Positions 56,225 to 64,000 of a stretch of 64,000 nucleotides of DNA are shown here, in pieces (positions within the stretch are counted from its first letter, which is position 1; every line of letters starts with the position of its first letter). Origin of the DNA: a virus (taxonomy: Duplodnaviria > Heunggongvirae > Uroviricota > Caudoviricetes); the IMG/VR virus record IMGVR_UViG_3300047546_003009; one strand, given 5' to 3'. The notes beneath the pieces are model-generated. The model saw only the letters and a program-made list of their open reading frames with translations, did not search any database and was not told the origin of the DNA. Both the position numbers and the translations under genes were made by a program.

Positions 56225-57985
56225 TTAGAACTTCAGTACTATCTTTATCTGTTCTGATTGTGTGTTGGATCTTGTTACCGGATCAATATTCTCCAGATAC
56301 AACACATCTCCTGTATATTTAACCAAGTCTGGAATCACCCTACCTTGCACATTTGCAATGGCACCAGAGGTTACACCCACGACTGTTTCACCGGCATTAA
56401 TTGTGCCGCGTACTTTTGTCAGCCCAACAAAAGTGCTATTACCGCTGTGGTACACACCATTTGCAAGAACGATGTTATTCTGATACACCGCCTCATCAGC
56501 TTCAAACGTGCCAGAAATGGTTGTAACATTATATCTAAACCGCTGATCAAACGTTGTAAAATCCTTAGACTGTGTATTTATCTCGTAAAGATATACATTT
56601 GCTGTTGCAGTATTCGCTGTAGAATTACTTTGATAAACAACCTTTCCAGTAACAAACTGACCAGCAACGTTAGTTAATTGTAGGGTAGAACCAGCAAATG
56701 ATGTCACAACGCCAGTGGCGAGTGTGTTTGCTTGTGTGACTGTCCCACCTACTGTAAACGTACCTGAAACAGAAGCTGCATTAAGAGAAAGCTGCACATT
56801 AGCAAAAAGTGGATCTCTTAAAAGACCAATTGTTCTAAAATCATTCTGCGTTGGGATCAAACCGCCTTCAGTATTGGCAAATGTAACACCAATGCCAATA
56901 GCAGTTGCTCCAAGTTCTAACGCAGCATTTGAACCGTGACCGCCCTGTGGAGAAACAATAGGAATAAGAACAGCTGCATTTGAAACACCGCTCGTATTAC
57001 CACCTACATCTAATGTAGCATAAGAATAATTGGTGCCTCTATTAATAACTTCAACTTTGAATACTGCATTGCTAGCTGCAGTATTCACAAGACATCGAGC
57101 AACCGCACCCGTCCCATCACCGTCAATATCAACGACTGGAGTTATTTCAAATGTGCTTGTATTTGAAAGAGCAGTGCTAAATGCTGAATTAACTGTTATT
57201 CTTTTATATGCACCATTGTAGTCTGTTATTTTCTTAAGCTGGCCAGCACCAGAGCCAGACGTGATGTAGATACAACTATCAGTGTAAAAATCATTATTGG
57301 AACTTGCTGTTGATGGAAGCTCAAACAGCAATGGATTACCACCAATCTGAAGTTGCGATGCTGTAAACTGACCATTCAAAGTTGCATTGTAATTTGACCC
57401 GCCAGTTTGTATTCTAATCACCTCTATTGAACCTGGTGATGCATTACCTGAAACCTGCGTGTTTGACCCAACGGGCATAAAGAAGTCTGTTGTAAACTTA
57501 TCCCACACAGTGTTTGAAACGCTGTACATATACTTCCAAACATAACCATCTGATGTGCTATAAAATTCATCATCTGGCGCTGTTTGCGTTAGATCTGGGG
57601 CAACAGTTGAAGATGCGCCGTTATTATTATCAAGAACTTTAAAAATATCGTACTGTGAAGTACCACTCACTGCCACATAAAAATTATTACCATAAACAGC
57701 TGTGTTTGAGTCGTATGCCGCATATACAGTATCTGCCTCCCACTCCACCTTTGGTATCAGCAGCATCACATCACTATCTGCAATTCTTTTACCAAACACC
57801 ATATTATCATACGCATCATAAAGCGTGGTTTGCACATTATCTACTGGTGTTGGTATTGCACCATTTGCATAGGAAACATGTCTACCAGCAAAAACGTAGT
57901 ATGCGTTGTTTGACGTTTCGGTTATTGACTCTTTCAGCTGGGTGGCAAGATGAGTCTTGAGATGTGTAGTAACTAAAGCGGTCAT
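56225..57985 (-). CDS. gp8: Baseplate wedge subunit (gp8-like)
   Basis: YDIFKVLDNN, SDGYVWKYMY, PQGGHG, NDFRTIGLLRDP, GDVLYLEN..P.TRS..Q.E.IKIVLKF. Confidence 0.8.
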   Translation of the reverse strand: MTALVTTHLKTHLATQLKESITETSNNAYYVFAGRHVSYANGAIPTPVDNVQTTLYDAYDNMVFGKRIADSDVMLLIPKVEWEADTVYAAYDSNTAVYGNNFYVAVSGTSQYDIFKVLDNNNGASSTVAPDLTQTAPDDEFYSTSDGYVWKYMYSVSNTVWDKFTTDFFMPVGSNTQVSGNASPGSIEVIRIQTGGSNYNATLNGQFTASQLQIGGNPLLFELPSTASSNNDFYTDSCIYITSGSGAGQLKKITDYNGAYKRITVNSAFSTALSNTSTFEITPVVDIDGDGTGAVARCLVNTAASNAVFKVEVINRGTNYSYATLDVGGNTSGVSNAAVLIPIVSPQGGHGSNAALELGATAIGIGVTFANTEGGLIPTQNDFRTIGLLRDPLFANVQLSLNAASVSGTFTVGGTVTQANTLATGVVTSFAGSTLQLTNVAGQFVTGKVVYQSNSTANTATANVYLYEINTQSKDFTTFDQRFRYNVTTISGTFEADEAVYQNNIVLANGVYHSGNSTFVGLTKVRGTINAGETVVGVTSGAIANVQGRVIPDLVKYTGDVLYLENIDPVTRSNTQSEQIKIVLKF

Positions 57986-60513
57986 GGCAATTCCGTAATT
58001 TGTGCGTTATTAGCTGTTAGCGTTACATCAACATCTGTCTGGTTAACATATGTTCCAAACAGCTTTGTTCCAGCAACGTGAATGACTTGTTTAAGAATGT
58101 CTTTATATTTATCAAATGGTATTGACACCTTAACATCATAGGAAAAGTCTTGGTAGTAATAACCGTCATGAAGTTTTTTCAGTCCACTTGGCTCGCTTCC
58201 AATTTCTTTGTAATATCCTTGCCCAACACCTTGCGTCTGTGCTTGTGTTTTGACACTAATGGCAGATGATTCGTCACCAACCTTAACTGCTGTAACAACC
58301 TCATCATCAATATAGCCAAAACCAGAATCATAAACATCAACAGAAGTGATAGTGCCGTTGGCGACAATCACGTTTGCAGATATGATACTGTTGTTGCCCA
58401 TGTTAAGCGTACTTGTGTCTTCGGTCACAGCTGATATTGTTGCTGTTGCACCTGTATCAATACCAACAATTGTGTTACCAGCACCAAACGTGTCAAAAAA
58501 CGTTAGACGTCTTAAATACATTAATGTAGTGTTAGAACCTGCCTTTACCAAGCCTTTTCCAGTAATGTTAATTGTATCCGTATTAGCTGTGATTACAACA
58601 GCATTTGCAGCAGTTGTTAGAGTTGCTACCTGGTAAGATGTGTTGAATGTTCCAGTAGTATCAACGAGTGTTATTGATCCAGCCGAGTTAGCAATAGAAT
58701 AAGAGTAAACATAACCAGTGGCCACATTTGCCGTTCCATTACTCTGATAAACATACTCACCAACTTCAATAGATGCTGTGTTACCTGATACGCTGTTTAC
58801 CGTGAGGACGACAGCTGGCTTTACCGAGGTTTGTTCAACAATCTCGCCATCAGCAAAGTTTGTTGTAGCTCCGGTTAAGTTGAGTATCAGATCTCGTTTA
58901 TTATAACCAGCAGTTTTTCTTTCATACACACGAACAAATGGTATCTTTGTGTAGTCTTGACCACCATCCACACTCACCAACGAGGCAATTGTGCCAATGA
59001 CGTAATCATCAATTTCAAAACACTTAAGTAATATAGTGTCCTTGTCTCCACCAGGATATTTTATAAAACCATAACCACTGCCAGTGTTGGCGTTTGATGC
59101 ATCAAGCCGAACAGACATAAGAGCCACATTACCTGTGTTTCTATCGGACAGAAACGTGCTATCCAACCGAACATCTTCAGGGTTTGCTAAATTACCAATC
59201 TGAAACGTAGCTCCCGTTCCCAGTCCAATTTCTTGAATGCTTGTTTGATACCCAGAGTAGTCACCAATAATATAATTATTATTTGATGAAACAAATGTAC
59301 CACTAATGTTAACAACACCAATTGATGTGGTATTCGAAGCCATCACATTACCCGTTGCTGTTACATTAACATACGTGTTAACAACAGCCTGAATTGTATT
59401 GCCATTCTTATAAAAAACACCCGATGCTCCATTACCAACATTACCTGAAACGGTTGAAATTAAGATGGTACCGTTGGCACCGGTTTCTGTATTAAAATCT
59501 GTTGAAAGAATCACACCATTGCCAGCTTGTACTCCATTTGAGTAGTAGCTGACAACAACGTCACCGTTTGCAAGTACACCATTTGCTGAAAGAAAATTAA
59601 TGTTAGCTAGTGGTTGGCGAACTGTTTCAAATAAGGTGAACGATTGGCCATTCCCACTAACATCCATAACTTTTTGAGAGACCAAAACAGAAGATGTGTT
59701 TGTAAAACCAAAACCACCATCAACTAACTCAAAAGAAACAATACCAGTTTCTGTTGAAATTCCTGTAACACGTAGAACACCTTTTCGGCCAGAGCCGGTA
59801 GTAATGTTTAACAGGTCGCCGACTTCAAAATTTTCACCACCTGTAATTACATCTACTGAAGATAGTGATCCAAGAACACGTGGGAAACCCTCAATAAGAG
59901 GGTTGGATACTAGCGTTATAACCTCTCCTGCCTGAAATGTTCCTTCAACATTGCTGAGATAGATAACGTTGACATACTTACCAGCAACACGATTCGTTAT
60001 TATCCCCTCAACAAAAGCTGTAGCTTGAGAAACTGAACCAATTACTTGCTTTTGAACAAGAGTCGTAAGGTTTATTGCACCAGGTATCACCTCGAGATAT
60101 ACTGGTTTAAACCATTTACCGTCCGAGAGCTTAAAGACGTCTTGCTTTGGGTAATAGATTGTAGGTGTTGCGTTATAAACAGATCTGAAAAATATTTCAT
60201 AGCTTCTCTCCGATCCTTTTGATCGGTAAAAATCCATAATATGCTTAACAAGAAATCTTGTATCATCAACAGCCAGCTCATACGGAAAATACTTAAGATA
60301 TTTTTCTTTGAAGTGGATTATAAAATCGTCAATTGTTGAATCAACATCACGGTATTCTAAAAGGTTTCTAGAATAAAACAAAGCATTGTTTGTCTGCTGA
60401 AGATAGTTATAGTACTCCTTAACAAACTCTACAAAATTTGACCCCTCGTCCCTATAAAAAGACGGAAAATGACTTTGTACAAGCGACGAAATATTATCTT
60501 CTATGGTTCTCAT
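57982..60513 (-). CDS. Baseplate wedge initiator (gp7-like)
   Basis: DFYRSKGSERSY..FFR, LSDGKW, LHDGYYYQDFSY, HVAGTKLFG; between gp6 and gp8. Confidence 0.7.
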   Translation of the reverse strand: MRTIEDNISSLVQSHFPSFYRDEGSNFVEFVKEYYNYLQQTNNALFYSRNLLEYRDVDSTIDDFIIHFKEKYLKYFPYELAVDDTRFLVKHIMDFYRSKGSERSYEIFFRSVYNATPTIYYPKQDVFKLSDGKWFKPVYLEVIPGAINLTTLVQKQVIGSVSQATAFVEGIITNRVAGKYVNVIYLSNVEGTFQAGEVITLVSNPLIEGFPRVLGSLSSVDVITGGENFEVGDLLNITTGSGRKGVLRVTGISTETGIVSFELVDGGFGFTNTSSVLVSQKVMDVSGNGQSFTLFETVRQPLANINFLSANGVLANGDVVVSYYSNGVQAGNGVILSTDFNTETGANGTILISTVSGNVGNGASGVFYKNGNTIQAVVNTYVNVTATGNVMASNTTSIGVVNISGTFVSSNNNYIIGDYSGYQTSIQEIGLGTGATFQIGNLANPEDVRLDSTFLSDRNTGNVALMSVRLDASNANTGSGYGFIKYPGGDKDTILLKCFEIDDYVIGTIASLVSVDGGQDYTKIPFVRVYERKTAGYNKRDLILNLTGATTNFADGEIVEQTSVKPAVVLTVNSVSGNTASIEVGEYVYQSNGTANVATGYVYSYSIANSAGSITLVDTTGTFNTSYQVATLTTAANAVVITANTDTINITGKGLVKAGSNTTLMYLRRLTFFDTFGAGNTIVGIDTGATATISAVTEDTSTLNMGNNSIISANVIVANGTITSVDVYDSGFGYIDDEVVTAVKVGDESSAISVKTQAQTQGVGQGYYKEIGSEPSGLKKLHDGYYYQDFSYDVKVSIPFDKYKDILKQVIHVAGTKLFGTYVNQTDVDVTLTANNAQITELP

Positions 60514-62303
60514 TACACACGAACTCTCTCAACCTGAATATTAATATCTTGTTCTAATATTCTAAGAACGATATTCTTTCTACTGAAAATATCCTTGCTA
60601 GCCGGGACAGCATATATCTTAATAATTCCACCTGGCACATCTGTAGGAGCAAAGTTAGTCAACGTTACTCTACCAGTATCATAGTCAACACTACCAACTG
60701 ATTTAACAACAGTTGTTTGATTATCGACATCCTTGACGATATTCAAAATACCAGCGTTATCTTTGATGTAGCAAATATTACCATTGAAGACGAACGAGCT
60801 TGTTACTATTGTATGCTTTGCGTTTCTACTAAACGTCGTTTCGGTAACGTAAAATTCACGTGAAAGTGGCAGGTCAAAGCTAATACTATAGTTCTTTGAT
60901 ACGCCTGGTTGAAGTGTTGGTGTGGTTAGTTGTTTAATTGCCCGCACTTCTGTTTCATTGCTAACAATAGACTTATCAGCCTCGTCTATTGCTTTGACAA
61001 GCTGACTATAACGCAACGTCGCTTCAAAATCATCCAAATAAACATCACTAAATTGATTAATTGCTGATTGAACCGCTGTTTGTATCTCTTCTGGAGTCTT
61101 TTGTGTTACACCAATATTGTACCGAACTGTTGTATTAACATCAACGTATGTAAAATCTGGATTAACAATTTCTGGTGTTATTGTAAGTGGTGTTTTCGTT
61201 TTAATGTAATCAATATAAATGTTTTTGTTTGCATCGGGTACACCATCCGACCCCACTACGTCTACAGAAATAAATACCTTACCATACTGAGGTGGATCTT
61301 CATCCTCACCACCGTACACATTTATTGATTGAATTTCAGGAAACTGCACTTGTAAAAGTGTTTTGTAATCATCAGCTGTAACAGCACGCTCCTGTGTTGC
61401 TACAGCACGAGGTGCGTTAAAACGAATGGATTCAATTGACTCGCTGATGCTACCACTTGTTGCTGCGGAAACAGTTGTGACTGATACATTTGTATGGCCA
61501 TCTATTGGGCCATCACTAATAAATCTATCAATCCCATTTGGTAGTTCACCGTTACAGGTAATATATGAAGCGACAACAACAGCACCTTCTTTTGGTGTAC
61601 GACCAAATGTGTTATCGCCAAATTTTATTTCATACTGACCATTAACTGTTGGCTGTACAAAAAACACTTTTGACGTGGAATCAATACCAAAAAGAGAAAA
61701 TGCGCGGGTATAAATCAGCTGCGTTTGTCCATTGTCTTCAATAACAGCAACAGATAGGCTTGCGAGATCGATTGTAGGGTTTGAAAGGACAAAGTTTTGC
61801 GATGTCGCACCGTAAACAAACGAATCGGTGGTGTAAACACCTTCGTAGATTGGCATGTCAGTAATTGTGTACACGCCATCGACAGCTGTATTGAGAACAA
61901 ACGATCGATCCGTTACAAAGGTAAACAATCTACCATCTCGTTTTCCGGAAAATGATGTTCCTTTTTTAATCAATACAGAAGATACTGGTGTGGCAGGTGT
62001 TATCTGCACATCAACGACTGCTTGGGCACTTGAAAAAGATCTCGGCGTGTAGTTCAGCTCCTTGGCATGAGATACAATACTGTCTCTCAACTGCGCGCTA
62101 TCGAGAAACATTTCTGAAGCGACCATGTTAACATAATACGAATTCAAATACGTATTGTAAGCTAAAACTTCCATAAGCATGTTGATGTTTGATGATTCAT
62201 AATCAACATCTTTGAATGCTGTATTGTTTTTGAAGTATTCTTTTAGATTTTGTTTTATTGTATCAAAATCTAAACCAATAAGATTAATTGAGGAATTTGC
62301 CAT
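60513..62303 (-). CDS. gp6: Baseplate wedge subunit
   Basis: LDFDTIKQNL, DSAQLRDSIVSHAKELNYTPRS, QERAVTADDY, YGKVFIS. Confidence 0.95.
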   Translation of the reverse strand: MANSSINLIGLDFDTIKQNLKEYFKNNTAFKDVDYESSNINMLMEVLAYNTYLNSYYVNMVASEMFLDSAQLRDSIVSHAKELNYTPRSFSSAQAVVDVQITPATPVSSVLIKKGTSFSGKRDGRLFTFVTDRSFVLNTAVDGVYTITDMPIYEGVYTTDSFVYGATSQNFVLSNPTIDLASLSVAVIEDNGQTQLIYTRAFSLFGIDSTSKVFFVQPTVNGQYEIKFGDNTFGRTPKEGAVVVASYITCNGELPNGIDRFISDGPIDGHTNVSVTTVSAATSGSISESIESIRFNAPRAVATQERAVTADDYKTLLQVQFPEIQSINVYGGEDEDPPQYGKVFISVDVVGSDGVPDANKNIYIDYIKTKTPLTITPEIVNPDFTYVDVNTTVRYNIGVTQKTPEEIQTAVQSAINQFSDVYLDDFEATLRYSQLVKAIDEADKSIVSNETEVRAIKQLTTPTLQPGVSKNYSISFDLPLSREFYVTETTFSRNAKHTIVTSSFVFNGNICYIKDNAGILNIVKDVDNQTTVVKSVGSVDYDTGRVTLTNFAPTDVPGGIIKIYAVPASKDIFSRKNIVLRILEQDINIQVERVRV

Positions 62304-62722
62304 TAGCGTACTCTATTAAGTATTAAATCCAACGATTGCGGACTTTGATTATTTATTGTTCTAAAAACCAATGTAACTATCAGCGCTTGATTATCTGGTA
62401 ACGCCCCAACTTTCACATCGATAATTTCTACTCTTGGCTCAAATGCTTTAATTGACTCCTCAATTATGTTACGTAGCGTGCTTTCAACTGCTGGTGAAAA
62501 ATTTTCAAACAGCAGCCCACGTATATTACATCCATATGAAGGATTAAACACCCTCTCACCAGGGTTTGTTAGTAACAAATTTTTAAGAGACTGTATTACA
62601 GAGTCGTCGTTAGTGACTCTGTAAAGATCGCCAGCATGAGCGGAAAAATTACTAGTGAAATCCGAGTACCTTACTATACTTGGACGAGGAGTGAAAAGAT
62701 CTCTTTTTAAAACAACAGCCAT
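62303..62722 (-). CDS. gp25: Baseplate wedge subunit / sheath initiator
   Basis: SLKNLLLTNPGERVFNPSYG..I..LLFE, FEPRV. Confidence 0.95.
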   Translation of the reverse strand: MAVVLKRDLFTPRPSIVRYSDFTSNFSAHAGDLYRVTNDDSVIQSLKNLLLTNPGERVFNPSYGCNIRGLLFENFSPAVESTLRNIIEESIKAFEPRVEIIDVKVGALPDNQALIVTLVFRTINNQSPQSLDLILNRVR

Positions 62723-62733
62723 TTATTTTCCTA

Positions 62734-63528
62734 TTATTGTGGTATACCGGTTGTTCCACCTTGCGGATCTGAATGTGTATGTTGATTGTATTCAACACCA
62801 TTGCCAATAATCTCTCCAATAACGTTTAGCTTACCATTGAGCTGGACATTACCATTTATTTCCATGCCCCCAGGAGCATTTATTGTTGCTACACCATTCA
62901 CATCAATTGTTACATTACCACTGACAAAAACTTTTTTGTCCTTTACAACTATTTCGTAATCGTCCCCTACTATTTTTTGTACTCTATTGCCTTCAGGGCC
63001 TATTTCTGTATAAGTTCCTGCTCGGTGATATGTGTGTATTCTTTCTCTATTTGGTGTATCATCTACCTCAAATACGTGGCCTGATTCCGATGTAAAGACT
63101 TTGTTGAAAGGATACCTCGCACCATAAGCTGAAGCTGGTTCAGGGCCCATCTGCTGTTTATTTATCGTGTTGATTTCACGAGCAAGACCTGGAACATCAT
63201 TTTGAGCTAGAACACCGTCAGGTATACCTGGCAGTGTACCGATTACAAGAGGAATCTGCGCGCTGTTTCCGTCAGCAAAAAAACCAACAACCGTAGAACC
63301 AACAACAGCACCCACAGGTGCTAGACCCACTTGCTGAAAGCTTGCACTAAAGATTGGATTTATAGGAATTGCCCATGGAAGTTCCGTTGTCTGCACCTTG
63401 ATCTTGCTTTCAGAATGCATGTTAAAAATACGAACCCGTAAACGTCCTATTTTTAATGGATCATCTCTATCCTCAACAGTTCCAACAAACCACTTAAAAC
63501 CTTCACTACCCATCGACCTCGTCGTCAT
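62734..63528 (-). CDS. gp5: Baseplate central spike (gp5-like, no lysozyme domain)
   Basis: OB fold WFVG.VEDRDDP...GR.RVR, YPFNKV..SESGH..E.DDTP..ERI, C-terminal HTH. Confidence 0.9.
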   Translation of the reverse strand: MTTRSMGSEGFKWFVGTVEDRDDPLKIGRLRVRIFNMHSESKIKVQTTELPWAIPINPIFSASFQQVGLAPVGAVVGSTVVGFFADGNSAQIPLVIGTLPGIPDGVLAQNDVPGLAREINTINKQQMGPEPASAYGARYPFNKVFTSESGHVFEVDDTPNRERIHTYHRAGTYTEIGPEGNRVQKIVGDDYEIVVKDKKVFVSGNVTIDVNGVATINAPGGMEINGNVQLNGKLNVIGEIIGNGVEYNQHTHSDPQGGTTGIPQ

Positions 63529-64000
63529 AAACTTGCTCCTATTTTCACCAATTCAACCGACATAGTATAATTAAAATTAACACGGTTGCTAATAATGTGC
63601 CGTAACTTTGAAACAATAAAATTACCAGTTATATTTTTTTCCGGCTCACGAGGTTTATTTTTTTGGGCGCGAGCATCAGTTGCTGGGTAAATTTCAGGTG
63701 TCCTCAGCTCACACTTAATCATATCACCAACTTTTATGGTAGAGTCTCCGTAAATATGAGCCACTACTGTCATCTCACCAAGCAGTGATGAAAACATATG
63801 TCTTGGGCCAACAGCCTCATGAACAAAACTACCAATATTGTCTGCAGTTTTTGGTAGATATATTAGATTAGGAACAACGCGCTCATTCAAGACGTCACCT
63901 ATCTGCTTTCTCGTGTTCTGCAATCTACTTTGCTGGTCTGTTGTCTTAAAATTAAGCTTATCAATTGTATACGTTGTCACATCATATTGTTTTGAAACAA
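63525..64000 (-). CDS. Baseplate hub protein (gp27-like), 3' part; frame is open to the right edge
   Basis: GDSTIKVGD...ITGNFIVSKLRHII..Y.MSVELVK; no stop between 63980 and 64000; directly upstream of gp5. Confidence 0.55.
   Translation of the reverse strand, partial: VSKQYDVTTYTIDKLNFKTTDQQSRLQNTRKQIGDVLNERVVPNLIYLPKTADNIGSFVHEAVGPRHMFSSLLGEMTVVAHIYGDSTIKVGDMIKCELRTPEIYPATDARAQKNKPREPEKNITGNFIVSKLRHIISNRVNFNYTMSVELVKIGASL

Noticed and set aside
185-61638. All plus-strand ORFs in the track (e.g. 7194-7844, 31748-32164, 56258-56677)
   Set aside because: Each lies antisense to a well-supported minus-strand gene, lacks SD or motifs, and shows mirror-codon composition
1-64000. tRNA, rRNA, group I introns or inteins in gp17, gp46, uvsW, gp20
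   Set aside because: Intergenic gaps are too short, the core genes have normal lengths and continuous motifs, and no cloverleaf was seen by eye (tRNAscan/Infernal not run)

Overview
64 kb of a T4-like myovirus (roughly 38-40% GC by eye; gene content resembles alphaproteobacterial/freshwater T4-like phages and cyanophage-like Kyanoviridae relatives). Every credible gene is on the minus strand, so transcription runs right to left. In that order: baseplate (gp27-like partial, gp5, gp25, gp6, gp7-like, gp8-like); a DUF4815/VrlC-like virion protein apparently split into three ORFs; an approx. 20 kb fibre/receptor-binding block (Asn/Ser/Thr-rich fibres, a collagen GPT fibre, two S74-chaperone fibres, a 2OG-Fe(II) hydroxylase, a 28-blade RCC1 protein); a late glycosyltransferase/methyltransferase cassette; neck-terminase-tail-head genes (gp13-gp23, gp3); uvsY/uvsW, gp55, gp47/denV/gp46 and def; and a 7-deazaguanine DNA-modification cluster (queE, PRTase, queD, folE, dpdL-like, dpdA-like, DUF3310, dUTPase, GT-A partial; no queC in the window). 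Best leads: (1) a probable 7-deazaguanine system with extra nucleotide enzymes and an EndoII-like nuclease; (2) a late-expressed virion protein-glycosylation/hydroxylation cassette with candidate substrates; (3) a nested RCC1 protein made of a hub propeller carrying three inserted propellers; (4) a putative prohead-protease-processed internal polyprotein. No tRNA, rRNA, CRISPR array, intron or intein was seen. All family calls are from motif recognition by eye; no database search was run.
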